DNA from: an uncultured Gammaproteobacteria bacterium
Lineage (GTDB): Bacteria; Patescibacteriota; Microgenomatia; Levybacterales; UBA12049
Direction of reading: 5' to 3'
Assembly: GCA_964608945.1 (NCBI GenBank)
Contig: CAZSQB010000003.1
Span: 1 to 42,338 of the forward strand
DNA length: 42,338 nt
The notes beneath the pieces were generated by a model. The model was not told the DNA's origin and did no database searches. It saw only the letters and a program-made list of their open reading frames with translations. The position numbers and the translations under genes are program-made. Each line of letters opens with the position of its first letter. Positions within the stretch are counted from its first letter, which is position 1. This document shows positions 8,870 through 17,640 of the stretch, one piece after another.

Positions 8870-8890
8870 ATATTAGTTGAAAGATGATGG

Positions 8891-8975
8891 GTTAGGAAAC
8901 CAGTATAGACCAGGGGTAAGGTGAGGAGTCAAAAATACCCTAAACTTAACCCCCTCACGATACAGGCTTCCTAAC
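8891..8975. repeat. Imperfect inverted repeat pair; a related copy lies at 32101-32176
   Basis: GTTAGGAAACCAGTAT (8891-8906) versus ATACAGGCTTCCTAAC (8960-8975), 14/16 complementary; CCTCACGATAC is shared with 32117-32127. Confidence 0.55.
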
Positions 8976-9021
8976 TTTTATACCTTAAACTGTCCCTAAG
9001 CTTCGTGTTATAATTTGATCT

Positions 9022-9930
9022 ATGGATTTTCTATCTATCGGTCTTATTGTCGGCGGATTGGTTTTGTTTGAGGTAATTACCAGCATTGATAATGCTGTTA
9101 TCAATGCTGAGGTACTCTCGACCATGCAGGCGAAGGCGCGGAAGTGGTTCCTTTTCTGGGGGCTATTTTTTGCGGTTTTTGTCATACGTGGGCTTTTGCC
9201 CTGGGCGATTGTCTGGGCTTCGCTGCCAAGCCTTGGGCCTATCGGTGCGCTGACCGCGACATTTAGCAGCGATCCCAAAGTCGTTGAGGCAGTTGAGAAA
9301 GCAGCGCCTGTACTTCTCATAGGCGGGGGAACGTTTCTTCTTTTTCTTTTTTTCCACTGGTTATTTGCTGAGCCGAAAAACTATGGCTTACGCGGCGAGC
9401 GCTTCTTTCACCGTCAATCAGTCTGGTTTTACGCAGTCGTTTCTATACTACTCAGTGCGATTATTTGGTTTGCTCTTAAAACGCATCCTTTAATGGCATT
9501 TGGCGCAGTTGTCGGGTCAACAGCCTTTTTTATAACCCATGGCTTTAAGTCGAATGCAGAAGCAGAGGAGAAGCGGCTTATGCAAAAGGGGAGATCAGAT
9601 ATTAGTAAGATTTTCTATCTTGAAGTAATTGATGCGACTTTCTCCATAGACGGCGTGTTGGGCGCATTTGCCTTTACGCTTTCTGTGCCGCTTATTCTTT
9701 TGGGAAATGGCATAGGCGCGGTCGTGTTGCGGCAATTAACGGTGAGCAATATTGAAAGAATTAAGCAATATAAGTATTTGAAAAATGGCGCGATGTATGC
9801 AATCCTATTTTTAGGAATGATAATGATATTAAATAGTTTTGGCTTTCATATTCCTGAGATAATAACGCCGGTTATCACTTTTGTGATAGTTGGGTATTTC
9901 TTCATCAAATCAAGAAGAGAAACGGCGTAG
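9022..9930 (+). CDS. DUF475 family (TerC-related) integral membrane protein
   Basis: EVITSIDNAVINAEVLSTM, FYLEVIDATFSIDGVLGAFA, YKYLKNGAMYAI. Confidence 0.88.
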   Translation: MDFLSIGLIVGGLVLFEVITSIDNAVINAEVLSTMQAKARKWFLFWGLFFAVFVIRGLLPWAIVWASLPSLGPIGALTATFSSDPKVVEAVEKAAPVLLIGGGTFLLFLFFHWLFAEPKNYGLRGERFFHRQSVWFYAVVSILLSAIIWFALKTHPLMAFGAVVGSTAFFITHGFKSNAEAEEKRLMQKGRSDISKIFYLEVIDATFSIDGVLGAFAFTLSVPLILLGNGIGAVVLRQLTVSNIERIKQYKYLKNGAMYAILFLGMIMILNSFGFHIPEIITPVITFVIVGYFFIKSRRETA

Positions 9931-10551
9931 GAGACTTTTAGCCGTAGCGATCAATTGTCTTCTTTGCTTTTTTGTCTTCATGGCATGATAGATACCAGGC
10001 GCAATTGAGACAAGGACAATAGCCGCGATGATAGGGAGGAGGTAGCGATCCACATCTGGGATAGCTCTTCCTAAGAAATAACCCGCGAGTGGCAACCCTA
10101 CTGCCCAGAGAAATCCTCCAACCACATTGAAGGCAAGAAACTTTGAGTATTCCATGTTACCAATGCCCGCAACAACTGGCGCAAAGGTACGGATGATTGG
10201 TATAAACCGGGCTAAGATGATTGTCTTTCCACCGTGTTTCTCATAAAACCTTTGTGCTCGAATGAGGTGATCTTTATGAAAAAAGAGTGAATCACTACGG
10301 TGAAATAAGCGCCTGCCAAATTTGTGGCCAATGTAATACCCAACGCTATCACCGCTTACTGCCGCGACAAAAAGAAGAAGGCAAAGGGGTACAATATTGA
10401 ATATACCTTGCGAGGCGAGGATACCTGCGGTGAATAAAAGGCTGTCACCAGGGAGAAAAAAGCCAAACAGCAAACCTGTTTCAGCAAAGACGATGCCGAA
10501 AATACCCAAGTACCCGACTGTTTCAATAAGCGCAGCTAAATCGCCATGCAT
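9910..10551 (-). CDS. dedA: DedA family membrane protein
   Basis: FAETGLLFGFFLPGDSLLFTAG, GDSVGYYIG, ARFIPIIRTFAPVVAG. Confidence 0.95.
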   Translation of the reverse strand: MHGDLAALIETVGYLGIFGIVFAETGLLFGFFLPGDSLLFTAGILASQGIFNIVPLCLLLFVAAVSGDSVGYYIGHKFGRRLFHRSDSLFFHKDHLIRAQRFYEKHGGKTIILARFIPIIRTFAPVVAGIGNMEYSKFLAFNVVGGFLWAVGLPLAGYFLGRAIPDVDRYLLPIIAAIVLVSIAPGIYHAMKTKKQRRQLIATAKSLLRRFSS

Positions 10552-10627
10552 AAAAATCTATTATAGCAGAAGGAAGTGAAGAGAAGACAGAGAGCTGACA
10601 AAAATAAAGCAGGGTTAGGGGAGGCAG

Positions 10628-11101
10628 TTATCTTCTGCCTGAGCCTCTCTGGGTGTAGGGCCTTGGTCTATCAACGCTTTTTCTTGTTGAGTAAGGAGTT
10701 CGAATCCAAGCATTTTGCTTGGTCAAAGCGTCTAGCTTGGCTTGTTCAGCTTGAGCATGTGCAACCACCTCTGGTGTTGCCTTCACTTCTTCTTGGCTTA
10801 CTGCCCCTTCTCCAGTCTCAGTACCGCTTCCGCCCTCTGGTGCCATACCGTTATTATTATCGCGATCCTCCTTCCATGTCAACGGGTCAGACAAATAGAT
10901 CGTGTGGTAAATGGGAAGACGAAGCGCTGCCGAGTCCTTTGGCGAGGGAGGAGATTCAGGATCAGTAGACACAATATGTGCTCCTCTGCCATTCATCTCA
11001 AACCGAGACATGCCTGCGCCAACGCCCAAAGCACGGAAACGCTCCCCTCGTATGGAGAGGTTCTTTTGGGCTAATACTACTGTTTCAGAAGTTGCAGGCA
11101 T
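10628..11101 (-). CDS. Hypothetical protein
   Basis: 157-aa ORF starting 6 nt after the upstream ORF's stop; no recognisable motif. Confidence 0.55.
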   Translation of the reverse strand: MPATSETVVLAQKNLSIRGERFRALGVGAGMSRFEMNGRGAHIVSTDPESPPSPKDSAALRLPIYHTIYLSDPLTWKEDRDNNNGMAPEGGSGTETGEGAVSQEEVKATPEVVAHAQAEQAKLDALTKQNAWIRTPYSTRKSVDRPRPYTQRGSGRR

Positions 11102-11107
11102 AAGTAA

Positions 11108-11374
11108 TTATGAGAGCCTCCCGCTTTCTTGCAATGCGCCATTTGTGCTCGGTTTGGTTACAAGAGGCGAATCAACCACATCAAGAGGAGTGGGGTCAGG
11201 TACTCCAGCTTGATTTTGACCAGACGTAGCCGCGACGAGCTCTTCGTGCGTTCTTAGCCACCTAAGAGCAAACGGATTCGCACCATTTTGTTTTTCTAAT
11301 TGTTGAGAAGCAGTAGGTTGACTTCCATCTGGGTCAAGGCCAGCTATTCTTCTCGCTTGTTCGCTATATCCCAT
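11108..11374 (-). CDS. Hypothetical protein
   Basis: 88-aa ORF with TATAGT 6 nt upstream of the ATG. Confidence 0.5.
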   Translation of the reverse strand: MGYSEQARRIAGLDPDGSQPTASQQLEKQNGANPFALRWLRTHEELVAATSGQNQAGVPDPTPLDVVDSPLVTKPSTNGALQESGRLS

Positions 11375-11633
11375 ACGCGTACTATATGTTTTTAGTTATA
11401 AAATCGCTTGACTTCAAAATTACCAAAATCCTGACATAAAACTGATAAAACACTAAGCATAGAGAATGAATATAAAAAATAAGTAATTATTTGGTAAGTA
11501 TTCATCAGTGAGCAGCCCATCAGTTGTATGAGGCGAAAAGTGAATAGGTTGCCGTTTTAAGCATAGGCGATATAGTACTACAGAAGGATAAAATGGGCTT
11601 GATTGGTGGCAGACGAGTACCTGACAATTGAGG

Positions 11634-12707
11634 CTAGGAAACGAGTTTTGCGGCGCCGAAGATGGGAGAGTCTTCGATTTTCATGAATTTGATGCTGTAT
11701 TCGGGGACGAGATTTAAGAGAAGCTGCTTGACGTGGCGGCGGTAGCCTGCGGCGTTCCAAAAGACTGATCCTTCCATGACAAAGACCAGGTCTTTTTTCT
11801 TGAACGCGGTGATTGCGCCTATGGCGGTTGCGACAAAGCTTGCTGACCGGACAAGCAGCATTTTGGCGACAGGGTAGGCGTCTGAGTCTTTGTTTTCGAG
11901 GATTCGGTCAAGTTCAAGGGTGGACGCGATCGGCGGGTGATCAATGCCGTCTCTTTTGGCAATGATATTGAAGTGTTTGTAGAGATATGCGCCTGATGTT
12001 TCTTTTTCAAAGAGCGCCATACCTGGTTTGGCTGATTCTTGATCGATGATTTTGCCTTCAGGAGTTTGTGGGTATTTGTCAAAATTTGCAGCCTCAAGGT
12101 TGACAGCACGCTCTCTATCTAAAAAGAAGGCGAGATTCATGCCTGTGCCGACGATGCCTGCAGCGATGTCGTGTGAGGTAGTTTCCGTGAGACCTGAGAG
12201 GAGGAGGCAGATTGTATCGTTGGCGACTGAGACTGTGATTGTTTTTCCTGTTTTTTGCTTGATTCTCTTTTCAATTTCCTTACCGACTTTTTGTCCAACT
12301 AGTCCATCAAACGTGTTTTCTTTGGATCCAGCGACGAGGATACCGTCTAGTTTTCCCCGCTCAAAAACTGGTGTTAACGGATAGGCGAGGTTGACTGCGA
12401 CAAGGCTGACTGATGGATCGAGTTCTTGCTCAACGAGTGATAAAAACTCCTCTTTGGTTGGGAAGCGTTTCTGGCCGCGGCTTTCTCTTTTAAGTAAAAC
12501 GAGCTTGTTATTGCGTTTTTTGAGAAGCGCATTAAGAGTGACGCTGCCACCGAAGACTAAAACCTGGAATGTTTCTCCTTCCTTGACAAGAGGGGAGGGG
12601 GAGAGCGTGTGGACAATGTAGGTAAGGCTTGTTTTTTTGCCGCTTTCTGAGAGTTCAAGCTCTTTGACGAAGCTATCTTGGATTATTTTTAATTGATTTA
12701 TATCCAT
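11634..12707 (-). CDS. Hexokinase-family sugar kinase
   Basis: KKTSL.YI, LVFGGS, NLAYPL, SVANDTICLL, GIVGTGMN, NLEAANF, FEKETSGAYL, EGSVF, FGAA match the hexokinase_1/2 pattern. Confidence 0.8.
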   Translation of the reverse strand: MDINQLKIIQDSFVKELELSESGKKTSLTYIVHTLSPSPLVKEGETFQVLVFGGSVTLNALLKKRNNKLVLLKRESRGQKRFPTKEEFLSLVEQELDPSVSLVAVNLAYPLTPVFERGKLDGILVAGSKENTFDGLVGQKVGKEIEKRIKQKTGKTITVSVANDTICLLLSGLTETTSHDIAAGIVGTGMNLAFFLDRERAVNLEAANFDKYPQTPEGKIIDQESAKPGMALFEKETSGAYLYKHFNIIAKRDGIDHPPIASTLELDRILENKDSDAYPVAKMLLVRSASFVATAIGAITAFKKKDLVFVMEGSVFWNAAGYRRHVKQLLLNLVPEYSIKFMKIEDSPIFGAAKLVS

Positions 12708-12788
12708 AGTGAATATCTAAGCATTATAGCACGTCAAATTTCTTCCAATATGCTTAAGATGATAGTTTGTGTCCGGAGGTCTGCACAG

Positions 12789-13139
12789 TTACTGTTCAAG
12801 AGCGAAACTTATCTCTTCCATGTCCAGGCGAGTAAATCCCAGCTGCCGAAATTCGATGCCCAGAGCGCTCTTTACTTGGGATACCAGCCCACAGAGGAGT
12901 AAGGTTGGTCCAAGAATTGACAACGAGATGCTCAGACTTGGCATCTGAAAAATTCAACATATCATAATATGTCTCATGTTCTTCATTTCAGAGAATTTCA
13001 TTCATCGAATGCATGATTCTTTTGCGAGATGAATCATTGCCTGAAGTTCTAAATAGTAATAGGTATTGGCATCAACTGATTCAGCAGAGAGATCAGGGAG
13101 ATTTGATGTTGTCGGATTGTTGTCTGCGCCTGATTCCAT
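12789..13139 (-). pseudogene. Possible degraded gene remnant
   Basis: Two short protein-like minus-strand frames (MESGADNNPTT...KESCIR* and MPSLSISL...KSALGIEFRQLGFTRLDMEEISFALEQ*) in a ~500 bp gap of an otherwise dense genome. Confidence 0.25.
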
Positions 13140-13231
13140 CGCAGATCGCCACCGGACAAGACCTGACAACCCCTTTTACTGCAAGTTTAATAACTTTAGG
13201 TAGTTTGAGGCTATGGTATACTATACGGAGC

Positions 13232-14098
13232 ATGCAGCATTTAGCCTCAAAGATATTCATTGATGGTGGGGTGCCGGAGGAAACAGAAAAAGCAAATAGT
13301 GCTTTTGAGGCCAATTTTGGCTATCCGCTTGATGGTCAGACTACGAACCCCTCTCTTATTGCCAAAAATTTGAAGCAGCGGATGAGTGGGGGAATGTTGA
13401 CAGAAGAGCAGGCGCTTGAGGAATATAAGCGGATTGTTCAGGAGATTACTAAGATCTTGCCGCATGGATCGATATCGATTCAGGTGTTCGCAAATGACAG
13501 TACGCCTGCCTCGGATATGATAGCCCAGGCTCGTGACCGGATTACTTGGATTCCTAACGCAAGCATCAAGCTGCCGTGTGTTAAGGCTGGGCTTGAGGCT
13601 GCGGAGGCTGTTTGTCAGGAAATGCCGATTAATATTACTTTGGTTTTTTCCCAGGCGCAGGGTGCTGCGGTTTATGAGGTAACAAAGCAGGCAAAACATC
13701 CGGTATTTATCTCTCCGTTTGTGGGCCGACTTGATGATATAGGACAGGCCGGGATGGATGTTGTGGCGAATATGCTTCAGCTGTACAAAGAGGGAGACAG
13801 GCACGTTGAGGTGCTTACAGCCAGCGTTCGTTCTTTGGATCACCTCCATTATGCTCTCGCGCTTGGCTCGCCGATAATTACTCTACCGTATAAAGTGTTT
13901 GAGATATGGCAACAGGCCGGCTTTTCCCAGCCAAGCCAAGATTTTGCGTATAATAGAGGTTCACTTGTCGCTATTCCTTTTAGGGAAGATATTATACTTG
14001 GGAAGCCGTGGCAGGAATATGATATTTCGCACACTTTGACAGAGAAAGGATTGGCCGCATTTTGGTCTGATTGGAGGGGTCTTTTTCAAAAAGCCTAA
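13232..14098 (+). CDS. tal: Transaldolase / fructose-6-phosphate aldolase family
   Basis: KIFID, GQTTNPSL, SIKLP (Schiff-base Lys), INITLVFS, FISPFVGRLDD, LTASVR; likely ATG 13232 after TGgTATACT. Confidence 0.9.
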   Translation: MQHLASKIFIDGGVPEETEKANSAFEANFGYPLDGQTTNPSLIAKNLKQRMSGGMLTEEQALEEYKRIVQEITKILPHGSISIQVFANDSTPASDMIAQARDRITWIPNASIKLPCVKAGLEAAEAVCQEMPINITLVFSQAQGAAVYEVTKQAKHPVFISPFVGRLDDIGQAGMDVVANMLQLYKEGDRHVEVLTASVRSLDHLHYALALGSPIITLPYKVFEIWQQAGFSQPSQDFAYNRGSLVAIPFREDIILGKPWQEYDISHTLTEKGLAAFWSDWRGLFQKA

Positions 14099-14103
14099 AG
14101 GTT

Positions 14104-15261
14104 TTACCCTAGTGCCTCGATGCCGGGGAGGGTGCCGTTTTCAAGGTACGTAAGCATGGCGCCACCACCAGTTGAGATGTGGGTGACCTTATCAAGTTGC
14201 CCTGATCCTGCAATTGCAGCAAGAGTCTCCCCACCCCCAACGACTGACGTAGCCTGCGTATTATCAGTAATGGCTTTGCAGATAGCTTTTGAGCCTTGGC
14301 GATACAAAGGATTCTCAAAATATCCCATAGGGCCATTCCAAACAATGGTTTTAGCCTGCGAGATGGTACTTGCAAAGGCTTGACGCGTTTTTTTTCCAAT
14401 GTCTAAGATCATGTCATCTGGCAGCATCTGGTCAGGAGACTTGTTAACGGGATTTGGGTCATCAGTTGCATGTCCTACAATAGCATCGAGAGGAAGCATA
14501 AGTTTGTTGCTAGATTCAGTAAGGATTTTTTTAGCTTCTTGAACAAGCTTAGGCTCGCAGATGCTTTTACCGATCTTTTTTCCTTGGGCTAAAAAAAGTG
14601 TATTGGCAAGTCCGCCGCCAAGGAGCAATGTGTCTACCAGCGGAAGCAGCTTGTGGATGAGGGGGAGCTTGTTTGAGATTTTTGCTCCTGCCAGAATCGC
14701 GACAAAGGGATGGTGAGCTTTGGTAAGAACCATGTCCATGGCTACTATCTCTTTTTGCAGCAAAAGTCCAGCAAATGAAGGGAGAAGCTGAGGGATGCCA
14801 ACTACAGACGCATCTTCTCTATGGCAGACACCAAATGCATCATTAACATAGACATCAGCAAGTGAGGCTAATTGCTTTGCAAACTCAGGATCGTTCTTTT
14901 TCTCACCCTCATAAAAGCGGATGTTTTCAAGCAGCAAAACTTCAGTATCTCCTTGTTCATTCAGAGGAGAGCGATCAGTCATGAAATCATCTACCAACCG
15001 GACTGTATAGTTAGGAAGATATGCTGTAAGTCGTTTGGCGACTTTCTCAAGCGAAAGTTTTTTCTCTCTTCCTTTTGGTCTGCCAAGGTGCGAGACGAGG
15101 ATAAGCTTGTTGTGATTTTTGAGGAGGCGTTCTATGGTGGGGAGTGACTGTTTGATTCTCGCATCATCAGCTATCGTGTAGTCGCCATTGAGTGAGACAT
15201 TAAAATCAACTCGCAAAAGGACTCGTTTGTTTTGGATAGTTGCTTCGTCAATGTATTTCAT
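14104..15261 (-). CDS. pgk: Phosphoglycerate kinase
   Basis: KRVLLRVDFNV, SHLGRP, LLENIRF, YVNDAFGVCHR, WNGPMGYFE, HISTGGGA; ATG 15261 preferred over TTG 15270. Confidence 0.98.
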   Translation of the reverse strand: MKYIDEATIQNKRVLLRVDFNVSLNGDYTIADDARIKQSLPTIERLLKNHNKLILVSHLGRPKGREKKLSLEKVAKRLTAYLPNYTVRLVDDFMTDRSPLNEQGDTEVLLLENIRFYEGEKKNDPEFAKQLASLADVYVNDAFGVCHREDASVVGIPQLLPSFAGLLLQKEIVAMDMVLTKAHHPFVAILAGAKISNKLPLIHKLLPLVDTLLLGGGLANTLFLAQGKKIGKSICEPKLVQEAKKILTESSNKLMLPLDAIVGHATDDPNPVNKSPDQMLPDDMILDIGKKTRQAFASTISQAKTIVWNGPMGYFENPLYRQGSKAICKAITDNTQATSVVGGGETLAAIAGSGQLDKVTHISTGGGAMLTYLENGTLPGIEALG

Positions 15262-16201
15262 CTTTTGCAAAAAGGCTTACCTCGTGTTTGCTCCCGAGTG
15301 CGATTGGGGCTGTTTGGTGAAGAGAAGAAGGGATGAGGGTTAGTGGGTCCTTGCCATGTGAAACTGCCATGCCGCCTGCTTGGGTTATGAGAAATGCTGC
15401 AGGATTTACCTCATACAGCAATCGTAATTTGCCTTGTGGATGCTTGCTGTCTTTGGGATAGAGGAAAATGCCGCCTTTGAGAAGCGTTCTGTGCAGATCC
15501 GCAACCATGGTGCCGATATAACGGGACTTATATCCTTTGTTCTTAAGCCGATCAATATATGCTTTTATTTTTTCATCCCAAAGTATTGCATTTCCTTCAT
15601 TTACAGAATAGATATTGCCTTTTTCAGGAATCGTTATCAACGGGTGAGACAGGAGAAAACTGCCAATCGTTGGATCAAGCGTAAATCCATTGACGCCATG
15701 GCCGCAGGCGTAGACAAACATCGTGCTTGAGCCGTAAATAACATAGCCTGCGGCAACTTGTTTTTTCCCAGGCTGAAGAAGAGAGCCTGATGTGTGATAA
15801 ATAGAGAAGATCGTACCAACACTTGCATTCACATCGATATTTGACGAACCATCAATTGGGTCAAAAAAAACCATGTATTTGCCTTTTGTATCAACATGAA
15901 TTGGTTTTTCCAGTTCTTCTGAGGCAAGTATTGAGACAACGCCTGTCGATGAAAGAATGTCGATAAGGAGTTGATTGCTCTGCTCATCGAGTTTCTGCAC
16001 CTCATCTTGATAGATATTTTTTTTGCCAGCTGTGCCGAGAATATCAACTAGTCCAGCGCGAGCAATGTGGCTTGCAATAATTCGCGTAGCGTAGTCAATA
16101 TGGGTCAGAAGAAGCGTCAAGGTTCCGGTTGCGCCGTGCGCTTTTTTCTCTTCGGCTAAGATAAATTCGATAAGACTTGTCGGTTTAGTAAACATAAGCA
16201 T
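15248..16201 (-). CDS. fbp: Fructose-1,6-bisphosphatase class 1
   Basis: VQKLDEQSN, ASEE, FDPIDGSSNIDVN, RYIGTMVADLHRTLLKGGIFLYP, GKLRLLYEVNP. Confidence 0.97.
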   Translation of the reverse strand: MLMFTKPTSLIEFILAEEKKAHGATGTLTLLLTHIDYATRIIASHIARAGLVDILGTAGKKNIYQDEVQKLDEQSNQLLIDILSSTGVVSILASEELEKPIHVDTKGKYMVFFDPIDGSSNIDVNASVGTIFSIYHTSGSLLQPGKKQVAAGYVIYGSSTMFVYACGHGVNGFTLDPTIGSFLLSHPLITIPEKGNIYSVNEGNAILWDEKIKAYIDRLKNKGYKSRYIGTMVADLHRTLLKGGIFLYPKDSKHPQGKLRLLYEVNPAAFLITQAGGMAVSHGKDPLTLIPSSLHQTAPIALGSKHEVSLFAKDEIH

Positions 16202-16202
16202 G

Positions 16203-16300
16203 ATTGTTATATTGCTACATTGCTAAATTGTTACCCTCTCCCTCTGGGGAGAGGGATTAAGGGTGAGGGAACAATGAAACAATTTAACAATCAAACAATT
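16203..16300. repeat. Composite element copy 1: (ATTG[T/C]TNN)x4 + CCCTCTCCC..GGGAGAGGG..GGGTGAGGG core + (AACAATNN)x4
   Basis: Octamer arms in inverted orientation around a purine/pyrimidine hairpin core; the right arm includes the fba stop codon. Confidence 0.85.
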
Positions 16301-17526
16301 GAAATATACCGGTCGACCACGCTTCTCGTGTCAAACACATTTAACTTCTCAAACAAGAAGGCGAATTGGTCTCTCAATTTCTCTCGAATCGGCGCCTTGT
16401 CTTCATTTGTTAACTCCCACAGCTTTTGTTTGAATGGACCGAGTGCAATTTTCCGCATTTTGTAGACAAATTGTTCATCAGACCAGCCTTCTTCTCGTTC
16501 TTTTTGACAATTATCTTTGGTCCATTGATGCATTTCCTTACGAAGGGATGTGGGCATAGTGTCATAGACGATGTTTTGAAAACCAGTAGCAAGGTGTATT
16601 TCAAGTGTTTCTGCTTTGACGAACTCGCCAAAGAGTTCACTGGGGAGGGTTGAGGCGCCATGCTGTACAGCACCACCAAGTCCATATTTTTCTCTTGCTA
16701 CTTTACCTACGTTTGCAAGGACTGAGAAATCGAGCTTTATATCTGCCATTGTTCCATCAGGAAGCGGAACGCCGCCATGAGACGTGCCAGTTTGCACGCT
16801 CACCTTGCTGATGCCAGGAATATCGAGTAACGCGAGATACCCTTCCATGAAAGCGCCGAAGTCAGCAGTAGTACTATTTTTTCCGCCAATATGGCCGATC
16901 TCGCCTCCGATGGCAATCGTTGTGCCTTTTGGCTCTAAGCTTCGAATATGCTTGGTCAGAGTTGCTGTTACTTCGAAATTTGTTTTTTGCTGCTCTGAGA
17001 GTATTGGTTTTTCCAGATCAACGAGGGTTGAGGCATCGATATCGATGTTAAAAAACTGAGCTTGTATTGCCTCTGTTGCCAAATCGCGAATTTTTTGTAT
17101 TTCAGATTCTTGATTTTCAGTAAAGCGCCTTTTGCTCAGTTGGAAATGGTCGCCTTGAAGAAAGATTGGGCCACTGTAGTTTTCTTTTATGGCAGCAGCG
17201 AGTACTGAGACTGCGTATTCGTCTGGGCGTTGGTCTGTGTAGTCCATTTCAGAGCGCGCGATTTCAAAAATTACTGTACCGATGTGGTGTTTCTTCATCA
17301 AAGAAAAAATGATGCGGGCGGTATCGTAGGTGAGGGTGCGGATATTTACTGCAGGGACAGTAAAGCCTGAGACTTCTTTCTTGCCAAAGGCCTGATACAG
17401 AGGAAAGATAGAGGCGGGGAATATGCCTTGTGATTTGGCAAGTTTACGAATCTCTGCTCGTGCCTCTTCTTTTTGCTGTCCGTCTTGCGAGAAGACAGCC
17501 GTGTTGATGAGCTGATCTATGGTCAT
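16291..17526 (-). CDS. Class II fructose-bisphosphate aldolase family protein
   Basis: FTVPAVNIR, PIFLQGDH, IDIDAS, GGEIGHIGG, SVQTGTSHGG, AVQHGASTL, EIHLATGFQ. Confidence 0.9.
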   Translation of the reverse strand: MTIDQLINTAVFSQDGQQKEEARAEIRKLAKSQGIFPASIFPLYQAFGKKEVSGFTVPAVNIRTLTYDTARIIFSLMKKHHIGTVIFEIARSEMDYTDQRPDEYAVSVLAAAIKENYSGPIFLQGDHFQLSKRRFTENQESEIQKIRDLATEAIQAQFFNIDIDASTLVDLEKPILSEQQKTNFEVTATLTKHIRSLEPKGTTIAIGGEIGHIGGKNSTTADFGAFMEGYLALLDIPGISKVSVQTGTSHGGVPLPDGTMADIKLDFSVLANVGKVAREKYGLGGAVQHGASTLPSELFGEFVKAETLEIHLATGFQNIVYDTMPTSLRKEMHQWTKDNCQKEREEGWSDEQFVYKMRKIALGPFKQKLWELTNEDKAPIREKLRDQFAFLFEKLNVFDTRSVVDRYISIV

Positions 17527-17640
17527 AGATTTGTTTCAGTATAACACAGGAAGCTCTGCAAGCTTGACGTTTTGCTGATACTAAAGCAGTCAAATTACCT
17601 TATCATTGCGAAAAGAATAGAAAGGCTTTACAATACACAC

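Noticed and set aside
9910-9930. 21-bp convergent overlap of DUF475 and dedA
   Set aside because: Short 3' overlaps are ordinary in compact genomes.
11420-11497. TTACCAAA / TTTGGTAA inverted pair
   Set aside because: 8 bp in AT-rich DNA with a long spacer; insufficient support.
13013-13231. 73-aa N-terminal extension of transaldolase in the ORF track
   Set aside because: Family similarity begins at KIFID and a -10 box precedes ATG 13232.
16203-16300. Repeat arrays as CRISPR
   Set aside because: Units are 7-9 nt with no unique spacers, and there are no cas genes in the window.
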